Source: Candidatus Aquitaenariimonas noxiae (GTDB lineage Bacteria; Omnitrophota; Gorgyraeia; Aquitaenariimonadales; Aquitaenariimonadaceae). Taken from it: 64,000 nt of DNA. A program made the position numbers and the translations under genes. Below the pieces are notes generated by a model. The model had not been told where the DNA came from and made no database searches. It saw only the letters and a program-made list of their open reading frames with translations. The stretch is taken from NCBI GenBank assembly GCA_002780005.1, contig PEWV01000032.1:8123-72122 (forward strand). The letters are read 5' to 3'. Shown here piece by piece: positions 48,721 to 58,866 of this stretch (positions are counted from its first letter, which is position 1; the number at the start of each line of letters is the position of its first letter).

Positions 48721-50010
48721 ATGCCAAACATAGTTGTCGTAGGTGCACAATGGGGAGATGAAGGTAAAGGCAAGATAATAGATATCTTGGCTTCGGACGC
48801 CAATTACATTGTAAGGTACCAAGGCGGCAGTAATGCCGGCCATACAGTGGTATTGAAAGGCAAAGAGTTCATTCTCCATCTTATACCTTCCGGAATATTA
48901 CACCGAGGTAAAGTCTGCATAATAGGTAATGGCGTTGCCTTTGATCCGATGGCTTTTCTCGAGGAAGTGGAAACGTTGAAATCCAAGGGGATAGATGTCA
49001 CAAAGCGCAACCTTGTGCTTAGCGAAAAGGCCCATGTAATTTTTCCGTATCACAAGAAACTCGATAGTCTCAGGGAGGCAAAAAAAGGCACGACTACTAT
49101 AGGTACAACAAAAAGGGGCATAGGGCCGTGTTATGCCGATAAAGTTTCTAGATGCGGCATAAGGGTTCTGGATCTAATGGATTCTAAAAATTTAAGAGAG
49201 AAATTAAAATTTAATATCAAAGAAAAGAACACATTATTTAAATATCTTTACAACTCAGACGGAGTTTCCTTCGACGAGATATATGCTCAGTATAGGGATT
49301 ACGCGAACCAGATAAGGCCTTTTGTCGGGAATACGACCATAATTTTAAACGAGGCCATAAAAAAGAATAAAAGGATATTATTTGAAGGAGCGCAAGGCAC
49401 CCTTCTGGACATAGACCACGGGACATATCCTTTCGTTACATCCAGCAGCGCAACATCGGGAGGCGCGTGTATCGGTACAGGCATAGGCCCGACGCATATA
49501 GATAAGGTAATAGGCGTAGTTAAGGCATACACTACGCGGGTAGGCGAGGGGCCGTTTCCTACAGAATTTCCGTCCGATTTAATAAATAAAATCAGGAACC
49601 GCGGGAAAGAGTTTGGAGCCACTACCGGGAGGCCGCGGCGTTGCGGCTGGTTTGACAGCATAGTTGTGAAGCATTCAGTCCTCGTGAACGCAATAGACGA
49701 AATAGCCGTGACAAAACTCGACGTTTTAGACCAAATGCCCAAGATAAATATATGCGTCGGATATAAATATAGAAATAAAGTATATAAATTTTTCCCGCCG
49801 GATATAAATGTATTAAATGAGTGCAGACCCATCTACCAAGCTCATCCCGGATGGCTCAAAGATACCAACCAGATCAAAAAGTTTGAAGATTTGCCGTATA
49901 ACGCCAAAAGATACCTGAATACGTTAAAAAAATTATTAGGGGTGAAGATAACTATTATTTCTGTCGGGTCTGAACGGGGCCAGATTATTAGATGGGGTGC
50001 GAAAAAGTAG
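48721..50010 (+). CDS. purA: Adenylosuccinate synthetase
   Basis: QWGDEGKGK, GG.NAGHT, IGTTKRGIGP, EGAQG, TTGRPRRCGW. Confidence 0.98.
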   Translation: MPNIVVVGAQWGDEGKGKIIDILASDANYIVRYQGGSNAGHTVVLKGKEFILHLIPSGILHRGKVCIIGNGVAFDPMAFLEEVETLKSKGIDVTKRNLVLSEKAHVIFPYHKKLDSLREAKKGTTTIGTTKRGIGPCYADKVSRCGIRVLDLMDSKNLREKLKFNIKEKNTLFKYLYNSDGVSFDEIYAQYRDYANQIRPFVGNTTIILNEAIKKNKRILFEGAQGTLLDIDHGTYPFVTSSSATSGGACIGTGIGPTHIDKVIGVVKAYTTRVGEGPFPTEFPSDLINKIRNRGKEFGATTGRPRRCGWFDSIVVKHSVLVNAIDEIAVTKLDVLDQMPKINICVGYKYRNKVYKFFPPDINVLNECRPIYQAHPGWLKDTNQIKKFEDLPYNAKRYLNTLKKLLGVKITIISVGSERGQIIRWGAKK

Positions 50011-50027
50011 GTATTCCGCAATTATTC

Positions 50028-50056
50028 TTGACTAAGTTGGGTTGGGGTGTTATAGT
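50028..50056 (+). promoter_or_regulatory. sigma70-type promoter for the OmpA/MotB gene
   Basis: TTGACT (50028-50033), 17 bp, TGn-TATAGT (50051-50056). Confidence 0.65.
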
Positions 50057-50085
50057 AGTAGCTCTAAAAGGGAGGTTATTCATCA

Positions 50086-50766
50086 ATGACCAAGAAAAAT
50101 TTAACGACCGGTTTAGTTATAATTCTTTCATTATTTCTTAGCGGATGCGCAGTTAATTTTTATAAAGCAAATCCCCGCGACAAAACTAAAATTAGCGAAC
50201 TTTCAAGTGAAGTGAAGAGGCTCGAAGCCCTTAAGGCCGAGGAAACAGCTCGCATGGAAGAGGCTATGAGGGATTTAGAGAAAAAACTGAAGCAAGAGAT
50301 CGCCGACAAGCAGGTAAGCCTTAAGATGGCCGAAAACGGCCTGGTGATTACTTTTGTGGCGGAAGTCCTGTTTGATTCCGGAAAAGCAGATCTAAGAAAC
50401 GAGGCGCATTCTGCTTTAGGTAAAGTAGCCGATGTTATAAAGGAGAGGGTTGGCGATAGGGATGTTGGGGTTGAAGGCCACACAGATAATGTTCCTATTA
50501 CCCATTCCGGTTGGAAATCGAATTGGGAACTGTCTACCACCAGGGCTACCAGCGTGTTGCATTATTTAGTGAATAACTGCGGTCTTAAGCCCGAGAGGCT
50601 TTCAGCTATAGGTTATGGCGAATATAGGCCGGTTGCCTCCAACGATACCGAAGAAGGCCGCCAGAAGAACAGGCGTGTCGAAATAGTTATATTGCCTAAG
50701 ACTACGGAAAGACTCAAAGCGGAACTAGCAGAAGAGGAAGCGAGAGAGTCAGAGGGAGTGAAATAA
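50086..50766 (+). CDS. OmpA/MotB-family peptidoglycan-binding lipoprotein with coiled coil
   Basis: Lipobox LSGC, LFDSGKA, VEGHTDN.P, NWELS..RA, GYGEYRP, NRRVEI. Confidence 0.9.
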   Translation: MTKKNLTTGLVIILSLFLSGCAVNFYKANPRDKTKISELSSEVKRLEALKAEETARMEEAMRDLEKKLKQEIADKQVSLKMAENGLVITFVAEVLFDSGKADLRNEAHSALGKVADVIKERVGDRDVGVEGHTDNVPITHSGWKSNWELSTTRATSVLHYLVNNCGLKPERLSAIGYGEYRPVASNDTEEGRQKNRRVEIVILPKTTERLKAELAEEEARESEGVK

Positions 50767-50802
50767 ATCTTAGGCTCAAATAAATAGGATGAGCTATTTT
50801 TA

Positions 50803-50830
50803 TAAGGGGGAGCCGAAAAACTCCCCCTTA
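50803..50830 (+). terminator. Stem-loop, candidate terminator
   Basis: TAAGGGGGAG / CTCCCCCTTA 10-bp perfect stem with 8-nt loop; weak U-tract. Confidence 0.55.
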
Positions 50831-50847
50831 CTAATTAGGACGGTATT

Positions 50848-51552
50848 ATGGATGCTGGAAAACTTCCTGTACATGTAGCGATGATAATGGATGGTAACGG
50901 AAGATGGGCGAGAAAAAAGCGATTGCCTAAGATACTCGGCCATCAGGCAGGGGTGGAGTCTATAAGAAGGGTGATCGAAGCGGCGCAGGAAATGGGCATT
51001 AAGATATTGACGCTTTATGCCTTTAGCACGGAGAATTGGTCAAGGCCCAGAAATGAAGTCAAAGGCCTTATGCGGCTTCTTGAGCGATACCTGGACAACG
51101 AAAGAGATAAGCTTCTCAAACATAATATCAGGTTCAATGTTATAGGCAATATAGATAATTTCCCAGCTGCTGTTAAGCAAAAACTGTACGACACTATCGA
51201 GGTTACCAAAAACAATACCTCCCTTATGTTAAACCTGGCGTTGGGATACGGCGCAAGGACTGAGATCCTGGAAGCGGTAAAACAAATAGCGCAGGATCTA
51301 AGGGACAAAAAAGTAAAGATCCCGGATTTGGATGAAAACTTATTTTCGAGCTACCTTTATACAAAGGGTATCCCCGATCCGGACCTTCTCATAAGGACCA
51401 GCGGCGAGATGCGTGTGAGTAATTTTCTTCTTTGGCAGATATCATACACCGAACTCTACATAGCAAAGAAGCTTTGGCCTGATTTCAAAAAAGAGGATTT
51501 TAAAAGGGCAGTAGAAACTTTTATGGCGAGAGAGCGCAGATTTGGGAGATGA
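50848..51552 (+). CDS. uppS: Undecaprenyl diphosphate synthase
   Basis: HVAMIMDGNGRWA, AFSTENWSRP, PDLLIRTSGE.R.SNFLLWQ. Confidence 0.97.
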   Translation: MDAGKLPVHVAMIMDGNGRWARKKRLPKILGHQAGVESIRRVIEAAQEMGIKILTLYAFSTENWSRPRNEVKGLMRLLERYLDNERDKLLKHNIRFNVIGNIDNFPAAVKQKLYDTIEVTKNNTSLMLNLALGYGARTEILEAVKQIAQDLRDKKVKIPDLDENLFSSYLYTKGIPDPDLLIRTSGEMRVSNFLLWQISYTELYIAKKLWPDFKKEDFKRAVETFMARERRFGR

Positions 51553-51556
51553 CAGC

Positions 51557-52363
51557 ATGTTTTTAAAAAGACTCTTATCTTCTATCGTTTTAGTAGGCTC
51601 GGTCTGCGTAATAATATTTCTTTTGCCTGATTGGGTATATTCTTTAGTGGTTGCCGGTTTAATCGGTTTTGGATTATATGAATTTTATTCGCTTGTTTCG
51701 AAAAAGGGAATATTTGTATATAGATATTTCGGAGTAATTCTGGGCGTGTTGGTGCCCTTGATCATTCATTTAAAGGTCGGCGGATTTATAATGGATCTAG
51801 AGCCTTTTTATATAGTAATAGCATGCCTCTTTATAATAGTGATTCAATTTACAAGGAAAGACAATAGCCAAGCCCTTACCGCTATCTCTGTCACGCTATT
51901 CGGGATCCTTTACATAAGTTGGCTCTTTTCATATTTTATAAAGATTAAATTCCTGGATAACGGCGCGCTACTGGCGGCCTTTGTGATCTTAGTGACAAAG
52001 GCAGGCGACGTGGGGGCCTATCTCGTCGGAAGCACTATAGGAAAACACCCCCTGATCCCGCGGATTAGCCCGAAAAAGTCAAAAGAAGGGCTGATCGGCG
52101 GACTAATCTTTAGTTTAGCGGCGGCTTTGATGAGTAAAAAATTTCTACTTAGTTTTGACTATTCCCATTTAGCGGTATTAGGCCTATTGTTAGGCATAGC
52201 CGGCCAGATCGGAGATCTATCAGAGTCTTTGATAAAAAGAGATTGCGGCGTAAAAGATTCGGGTAAGCGTTTTCCTGGAATGGGCGGAGTTCTAGATTTG
52301 ATAGATAGCCTCCTTTTCACAGTCCCTATATTTTATTTTTACATTAAGGTTTTTACCTCATGA
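51557..52363 (+). CDS. cdsA: Phosphatidate cytidylyltransferase
   Basis: ISPKKS.EG, GDLSES.IKR..GVKDSG..FPG.GG.LD..DS. Confidence 0.95.
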   Translation: MFLKRLLSSIVLVGSVCVIIFLLPDWVYSLVVAGLIGFGLYEFYSLVSKKGIFVYRYFGVILGVLVPLIIHLKVGGFIMDLEPFYIVIACLFIIVIQFTRKDNSQALTAISVTLFGILYISWLFSYFIKIKFLDNGALLAAFVILVTKAGDVGAYLVGSTIGKHPLIPRISPKKSKEGLIGGLIFSLAAALMSKKFLLSFDYSHLAVLGLLLGIAGQIGDLSESLIKRDCGVKDSGKRFPGMGGVLDLIDSLLFTVPIFYFYIKVFTS

Positions 52364-53523
52364 AAAAAATCGTTTTGTTAGGTTCCACTGGTTCTATAGG
52401 CACTAATACTCTCGATGTCGTGTCGCGCTTTCCGGGTAAATTCAAGATAGACGCGTTAAGCGTGGATTCGAATATCGATCTCCTCCTTCGCCAGATTAAG
52501 CAATTTAGGCCGAAGGCCGTGGCAGTGCGGGATATAAAGAAAGCGGCCATTTTAAAAAAGACAGCCAGCTCAATAATAAAAGGCTTAAAAATATACGAGG
52601 GTGATGAAGGTGTCGAGGAATTGGCAGGCAGGAGAGACGCCGATATAGTAGTAGTGGCGATAAGCGGTACGGCTGCCCTTTCGCCTATACTGCGGGCGAT
52701 GGGATCCAAAAAAAGAATAGCCTTAGCCAATAAAGAAGCTCTTGTCAGCGCCGGGAAAATAATCACGGATTTTGCTAAGAAGAAAAAAATTGAAATTATA
52801 CCTGTAGATAGCGAGCATAGCGCAATATTTCAATGCCTGGACGGGAAAGGGAGTAGGTCATATCTTTCTAAAATATACCTTACGGGTTCGGGCGGCCCAT
52901 TAAGGAATGTGTCAAAAAAGGATTTTAATAAACTTTCAACAAAAGATGTATTGAATCATCCCAAATGGAAGATGGGGAAGAAGATCACAGTTGATTCGGC
53001 GACGCTTATGAATAAAGGGCTTGAAGTGATAGAGGCGCATTGGTTATTTGACGTAGAGGTGGATAAAATAGAGGTTCTCATCCATCCCGAAGCCATAATA
53101 CACTCTATGGTGGAGTTTTCAGACGGAGCGATATTGGCGCAACTCGCCAATCCTGATATGAGATTGCCGATTTTGTATGCCTTAAGTTTTCCCGAGCGAT
53201 ATAAGACAATTTTTCCCAAGGTCGCGTTTTCCGAGATAAGAAAATTTTCTTTCTATAGTCCTGATACAGGAAAATTTCCATGCCTAAGTTTAGCTTATCG
53301 GGTTATCAGGGACGGTGGATCAAGCCCGTGCGTTTTAAACGCTTCGAACGAAGAAGCCGTGAAGGCGTTTCTCTCGGGGCGCATTAAATTTACCAAAATA
53401 CCCGTCATTATAGAAAAGGTTTTATCAAAGCATAAGAATATTAAAAATCCTACCCTTACTGATATATTAGACAAAGAGAGATGGGCCAAAGAGGAGGCGA
53501 AAGTACTGTGTTGTCATTCCTAG
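52360..53523 (+). CDS. dxr: 1-deoxy-D-xylulose 5-phosphate reductoisomerase
   Basis: [44 protein letters not shown]. Confidence 0.97.
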   Translation: MKKIVLLGSTGSIGTNTLDVVSRFPGKFKIDALSVDSNIDLLLRQIKQFRPKAVAVRDIKKAAILKKTASSIIKGLKIYEGDEGVEELAGRRDADIVVVAISGTAALSPILRAMGSKKRIALANKEALVSAGKIITDFAKKKKIEIIPVDSEHSAIFQCLDGKGSRSYLSKIYLTGSGGPLRNVSKKDFNKLSTKDVLNHPKWKMGKKITVDSATLMNKGLEVIEAHWLFDVEVDKIEVLIHPEAIIHSMVEFSDGAILAQLANPDMRLPILYALSFPERYKTIFPKVAFSEIRKFSFYSPDTGKFPCLSLAYRVIRDGGSSPCVLNASNEEAVKAFLSGRIKFTKIPVIIEKVLSKHKNIKNPTLTDILDKERWAKEEAKVLCCHS

Positions 53524-54590
53524 CGTTTATATTTGCATTAGGTTTGCTTATAATTGTTCATGAATTTGGCCATTTTTTTGTAGCTAAAAGATATGGGGTT
53601 AAGGTTGAGAGGTTTTCGATCGGTTTTGGCCCTAAGATATTCGGGGTAAAAAAGGGCGATACCGAATACACGGTGTCTTTAATACCCTTAGGCGGTTATG
53701 TGAAAATGGCAGGCGAAACCTGCGAAGACGACATCAAGGGCGAGAAGTGGGAATATCTTTCACAGGCTCCTGGAAGGCGTTTCAATATCTTATTCGCAGG
53801 GCCCCTATTGAATTACATACTTGCCTTTCTCATCTTTAGTCTTATATTCATGATAGGTTCGCCTGCGCTGAGCACTAAGGTGGGAGAACTTTTGGATGGG
53901 TATCCGGCTAAAGATTCCGGTATTAAGGTAGGCGACCGCATAGTGGCTGTCGACGGAAAATCGGTTGTTTACTGGGAAGACCTTACAAATGAGATACATA
54001 AAAAGTTTAATAAAAAAATAACATTTACGATAAAAAAGGATGATCGAGAGTTTCAAGCCACGATTGAAACCAAAACAAAAGAAGTAGAAAATATATTCGG
54101 CCAAAAAATGCAGATAGCCCTTATCGGCATAGCGCCGTCAGACGAACTTTTGACAATGAAATTCAATCCTATAAAGTCATTTTACGTTGGGGGTAAAAAA
54201 CTTATAGGACTCACAGGCCTGACTTATAAGGCGCTTTGGATGATGATCACGGGCGGGCTCTCACCAAAAGAACTCACCGGCCCGATAGGGATATATGTCA
54301 TAACCGGGAAGGCCGCGCAATTAGGTTTTATTTATTTTATAAATATAATCGCTGTTATTAGTTTTAACCTGGCCTTATTCAATCTTCTTCCCCTGCCCAT
54401 ATTGGACGGAGGGCATATATTCTTTTTGGGGCTCGAGAAACTGAGAGGGAGACCGCTATCCAAGAGAAAACAGGAACTTATTACTCAGATAGGGCTTACT
54501 TTTATAATCTTTATCGCAATAGCAGTTTCTTACAATGACATAATGAAATTCGGCGTGTTTGAAAAACTAAAAGGTTTATTTAAAAGATGA
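53508..54590 (+). CDS. rseP: RIP metalloprotease RseP
   Basis: [18 protein letters not shown] segment, [11 protein letters not shown]; GAGGAGG RBS before GTG 53508. Confidence 0.95.
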   Translation: MLSFLAFIFALGLLIIVHEFGHFFVAKRYGVKVERFSIGFGPKIFGVKKGDTEYTVSLIPLGGYVKMAGETCEDDIKGEKWEYLSQAPGRRFNILFAGPLLNYILAFLIFSLIFMIGSPALSTKVGELLDGYPAKDSGIKVGDRIVAVDGKSVVYWEDLTNEIHKKFNKKITFTIKKDDREFQATIETKTKEVENIFGQKMQIALIGIAPSDELLTMKFNPIKSFYVGGKKLIGLTGLTYKALWMMITGGLSPKELTGPIGIYVITGKAAQLGFIYFINIIAVISFNLALFNLLPLPILDGGHIFFLGLEKLRGRPLSKRKQELITQIGLTFIIFIAIAVSYNDIMKFGVFEKLKGLFKR

Positions 54591-55636
54591 GTATTAAAAG
54601 ACGCAAAACAAGAAAGGTGAAGGTTGGTTCTATTTATATAGGAGGGAATGCACCTATATCTATACAATCCATGGCAAAAGCTGATACCAGGGATGTGAAC
54701 GCTATTGTCAGTGAAATAAAGAGGCTTCAAGGTGCGGGCTGCGAGATCGTGAGGGTAGCGGTTAAGGATAAAGAAGCCGCTCACGCTTTAAAAGACATAA
54801 AAAAGAGAATAAATATACCGCTCGTGGCGGATATACACTTCGATCCAAGGCTGGCTATGCTGGCGATAGAAAATCACGCGGATAAGATACGGATAAACCC
54901 AGGCAATACGAAAAAGAATGATCTTTTGGATATCGCCAATCTCGCAAAAACCAAAAAGATCCCTATCCGGATAGGCTTAAACTCAGGTTCTACGCCCAAG
55001 GGGGTAACCATGATAGCCCTTGCCCAGGAAACTATAAAACTATTTCAGAGGTGCAGCTTCCGTGATATAATAATTTCATTAAAAAGTTCAAACATCCTTG
55101 AGACGGTCGATGCTTATCGCAGGATGGCAGTTTTATGCGACTATCCGTTTCATTTGGGATTAACCGCGACTGGGTTGCCTGAAAGCGGTATAGTTAAATC
55201 GAGCATATGCATAGGAACCTTGCTTTTATCCGGCATCGGCGATACGATAAGGGTTTCTTTGACAGGAGATTCCGTTAAAGAAGTAAGCGTGGTCAAGACC
55301 ATACTCTCGTCGCTTGATATAAGAAGGTTTGGCCATGAAGTTATTTCCTGTCCTACTTGCGGAAGATGCCAGGTCGACCTGGAAGGAATAGTTAAAGAAC
55401 TTGTCGAGCGGCTTGAGCAGAAGGGACGCGCAAAGGGTAATATACGCCCTCTTCGCATAGCGGTCATGGGTTGCGAAGTGAACGGTCCGGGTGAAGCGAG
55501 AGATTCAGATATAGGGATCGCGGCAGGGAAGCACAGCGGCGTTTTATTCAAAAAAGGTAAGATCGTAAGAAAGATAGAAGAAAAAGATTTTGTTGATACG
55601 CTTGTCAAAGAGATAGATACAATGGGGCACTCATGA
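54587..55636 (+). CDS. ispG: HMBPP synthase (GcpE)
   Basis: PISIQSM, PLVADIHF, RINPGN, GDTIRVSL, SCPTCGR, AVMGCEVNGPGEA. Confidence 0.97.
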   Translation: MSIKRRKTRKVKVGSIYIGGNAPISIQSMAKADTRDVNAIVSEIKRLQGAGCEIVRVAVKDKEAAHALKDIKKRINIPLVADIHFDPRLAMLAIENHADKIRINPGNTKKNDLLDIANLAKTKKIPIRIGLNSGSTPKGVTMIALAQETIKLFQRCSFRDIIISLKSSNILETVDAYRRMAVLCDYPFHLGLTATGLPESGIVKSSICIGTLLLSGIGDTIRVSLTGDSVKEVSVVKTILSSLDIRRFGHEVISCPTCGRCQVDLEGIVKELVERLEQKGRAKGNIRPLRIAVMGCEVNGPGEARDSDIGIAAGKHSGVLFKKGKIVRKIEEKDFVDTLVKEIDTMGHS

Positions 55637-57336
55637 AGTGGTCAGAAGCATTAATTCCGACTTTAAAAGAAAATCCATCTGACGCAGAAGTCATAAGCCA
55701 TAAACTTATGGTAAGGGCCGGATTGGTAAGAAAGCTCATAGCCGGCGCTTACTCATATCTTCCTTTAGGAGTTAAGGTTTTAAATAAGGTAGAAGGTATT
55801 ATACGCCAGGAGATGAACAAAAAAGGGGCGCAGGAAGTTTTATTGCCGGCTATTCACCCGCCCGAGCTTTGGAAAAAAACCGGCAGATATGACCTCATAG
55901 GCGAGGACATGATAAAATTTAAGGATAGACATGGCCGCGAGATGGTTTTGGGCCCGACGCATGAGGAGATAATAACAAATCTTATCGCAAGTGAGATCCG
56001 CTCTTACAGGCAATTGCCCCTTACCCTATATCAAATTCAGACGAAGTTCAGGGATGAGCCGAGGCCGAGATTCGGCGTTATAAGAAGTTGTGAGTTTATT
56101 ATGAAAGACGCCTATAGCTTTGATGCGAACTTGGAAGGCTTGGAAAAAAGTTATAAAAAGATGTATGATGCCTATTGCAGGATATTCGAACATTGCGGGC
56201 TCAATTATATCCCGGTGGAGGCGGATCCCGGGTTTATGGGCGGTAATGTGTCGCATGAATTCATGGTTCCTGCCTCAAGCGGAGAGGACGTTATAGTTAC
56301 CTGCGATTCATGCAAATATGCCGCGAGCGTAGCCGTTGCCAAATGTTTCGAACCAGGAACAAAAAACCCTGGCCCTAAAACCCGCGAGGCTATAAAAGAG
56401 GTTTCCACGCCGGGCGTTAGCACTGTTGAAAAAGTAAGCCAGCTTCTTAAGGTTAAACCTTCAGAGCTCGTAAAAACTCTGATCTATGTAGCAGATGGAA
56501 CAGGCCTAGCCGTATTGGTTCGCGGCGATTTTGACATTAATGAAACAAAGCTGAAGAATATCTTAAAAGCCGAGATCCTAACACTTGCCGACGAGAAAAC
56601 GATCGAAAAGCTTACAGGCGGGCCCTTGGGTTATAGTGGGCCGGTTAATCTTAAAGGTATAAAAATAATAGCCGATTCGAGCGTCAAAGGGATGAATAAT
56701 TTTGTGACCGGCGCGAACAAAAAAGATAAGCACCTTATAAATGTCAATCTCCAAAGGGATTTTAAAGCGGATGAATGGGCGGATTTAAGATTCATTACGG
56801 AAAGTGACACCTGCCCGAAATGTAAGGGAAGCATAAAAATAGGCCATGCTATTGAGGTGGGTCACACGTTTAAGCTTGGAACAAAATATACAAAAGCCCT
56901 CGGCGCCATGTATCTTGATAAAGAGGGAAAAGATAGGGAAATAATAATGGGCTGTTATGGTATCGGAGTTAATAGGATTATAGCCTCATGCATAGAGCAG
57001 AATAACGACAAGGACGGTATCGTATGGCCTTTATCCATAAGTCCTTACGAAATCGTTGTCATACCTATCAATATTTTAGATGATAAGCTCAAAACTGTTT
57101 CAGAGAAAATATATAAAGATCTGACCGATGCTGGCTATGATGTTTTGTTTGATGACAGAGACGAAAGGGCCGGCATAAAATTCAAAGATATAGATTTGAT
57201 AGGTATTCCCCTTCGGATAGTTATCAGCGAAAAGAACCTAAAAGATGGAAATGTAGAGATTAAATTTCGGAATACTCAAAAAACGCATTTTATAAGTGAA
57301 AAAGAAATTATAAAAGAAGTTAAGAAATTTTTGTAA
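55633..57336 (+). CDS. proS: Prolyl-tRNA synthetase (bacterial type with editing domain)
   Basis: LGPTHEE, QIQTKFRDE.RPRFG, MKDAYSF, IEVGHTFKLGTKY, MGCYGIG. Confidence 0.98.
   Translation: MKWSEALIPTLKENPSDAEVISHKLMVRAGLVRKLIAGAYSYLPLGVKVLNKVEGIIRQEMNKKGAQEVLLPAIHPPELWKKTGRYDLIGEDMIKFKDRHGREMVLGPTHEEIITNLIASEIRSYRQLPLTLYQIQTKFRDEPRPRFGVIRSCEFIMKDAYSFDANLEGLEKSYKKMYDAYCRIFEHCGLNYIPVEADPGFMGGNVSHEFMVPASSGEDVIVTCDSCKYAASVAVAKCFEPGTKNPGPKTREAIKEVSTPGVSTVEKVSQLLKVKPSELVKTLIYVADGTGLAVLVRGDFDINETKLKNILKAEILTLADEKTIEKLTGGPLGYSGPVNLKGIKIIADSSVKGMNNFVTGANKKDKHLINVNLQRDFKADEWADLRFITESDTCPKCKGSIKIGHAIEVGHTFKLGTKYTKALGAMYLDKEGKDREIIMGCYGIGVNRIIASCIEQNNDKDGIVWPLSISPYEIVVIPINILDDKLKTVSEKIYKDLTDAGYDVLFDDRDERAGIKFKDIDLIGIPLRIVISEKNLKDGNVEIKFRNTQKTHFISEKEIIKEVKKFL
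56351..56385 (+). repeat. Degenerate heptamer array inside proS
   Basis: AACCAGG AACAAAA AACCCTG GCCCTAA AACCCGC, encoding EPGTKNPGPKTR in the linker before the editing domain. Confidence 0.55.
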
Positions 57337-57435
57337 AAGAATCCAACCTGTCTCTCACATTTTTTCCAGTCACCTTTCAAAAAATAATTATTAGGCTCTG
57401 TCAACTTTTTGCAAATAGCAGGTCTATATAGAGTA

Positions 57436-58863
57436 TTATATTTTAGTTTTTATGCTAATTTCACTTGCAAGGAACTTTTCTACATATAGCAAATGAACCG
57501 TATGCAGGCATAAAAGATATAGAGGGGGAAATATCGCACCTAATATCCTTATTTCCCATCCGGCACCAAAAACAATAAATAATGGAATTATAAAAATTAA
57601 AGTTAAAATCAACAAATATCTTATTGGAAGCGGTTTCTTGGTCCATTTATAGAAAATTAAAAAAGAGATAAGTATAAGTAAAAAAATATTTCCGCCTTGT
57701 GGAAATATATCTATACCTAAACAATAAGGGTCACAAAACATAAAATATGAGTGTGGTGATAAAAAAAATGCAATGTGCTCTTTTGCCTGCCATATTACAT
57801 GAGTACCGCTAGCCCTTGCGTATAAGACTGCCAAAAATGATAATATTCCACAGACAATAGATGCATGAGCTATTATATGTTTTAGAAATTTTTTATTTGG
57901 CATGGTCCTATATTTTAACGCTATAAAATACAAAAGAAGTAACGCTCCGGTCTCTTTGTTTAAAATACTCATAGAGAACGATAAATAATATAACAACCAT
58001 TGTTGTTTAATTAAAAAAATCAAACACACTATAAAAAATAGCAATTCTGGAAAATCGTAAATATAACCACCGTATAGAAATGTCCATGGCAAAATAAGTA
58101 AAGCAAAAACCGGAGAATAGTCTAAAACTGCCGGGTGAACACTGTATACACATTTAGTCAGATGCCGGGTTAATAGCATAAGTAGCAGCAAGCAGATATA
58201 TAAAAAAATGAAAACCAAGTGATACTTTAATGTGAGCACCAAATGATATTTTAACATTAAACTAGTATTAAAAGTCTCACAATAAGATATATTTCTCATA
58301 ATAGGCGAGTTTTGCATCAAAAAGTTACTAATTGAAACCGAGATATGTCTGGGTACTATTGCTACTATAAGATTAATAAGCATTGGCGATAACATTCTTG
58401 AGACAGAAGGTTTATATGCAGTACCATCTAACATCTGAAACAAACATGCTAATAAGCAATTGTTAAACCTTAAAAGAAACCACTTTACCGTAAAAGATGT
58501 TAATACTATCAAAGCGGCTAATAAATATATGAAGAACAGCAACGTTTTTCGACAGAATTTTCTCGTTTTATTTTCGTTTGGTTTAAAAAGAATCCTTAGG
58601 CAAAACAATAAGCAAAATAGAATAATATTATTAAACTGAAAGAAAGCAATATGTGCTTTAGCAAGGTAATAGTCGAAAGGTAGCGCATTGTCTTTTATCA
58701 AAGCCGATTTTAAGAAACTATCAGACTGCGTGTTATATAATTTAGCCAAAGATATGTCAAAGAATGACAGATAAAATAGCCATATAGCTATTAAACAAAC
58801 AAAGAGCCCTATTGAGAAAAGAGGGAGTATATTATGTGATTTATATTTGTTTTTGGATGTCAT
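57436..58863 (-). CDS. Hypothetical polytopic membrane protein
   Basis: 475 aa, about 12 hydrophobic segments, YIYDFPE and LNKET motifs. Confidence 0.75.
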   Translation of the reverse strand: MTSKNKYKSHNILPLFSIGLFVCLIAIWLFYLSFFDISLAKLYNTQSDSFLKSALIKDNALPFDYYLAKAHIAFFQFNNIILFCLLFCLRILFKPNENKTRKFCRKTLLFFIYLLAALIVLTSFTVKWFLLRFNNCLLACLFQMLDGTAYKPSVSRMLSPMLINLIVAIVPRHISVSISNFLMQNSPIMRNISYCETFNTSLMLKYHLVLTLKYHLVFIFLYICLLLLMLLTRHLTKCVYSVHPAVLDYSPVFALLILPWTFLYGGYIYDFPELLFFIVCLIFLIKQQWLLYYLSFSMSILNKETGALLLLYFIALKYRTMPNKKFLKHIIAHASIVCGILSFLAVLYARASGTHVIWQAKEHIAFFLSPHSYFMFCDPYCLGIDIFPQGGNIFLLILISFLIFYKWTKKPLPIRYLLILTLIFIIPLFIVFGAGWEIRILGAIFPPLYLLCLHTVHLLYVEKFLASEISIKTKI

Positions 58864-58866
58864 TTT

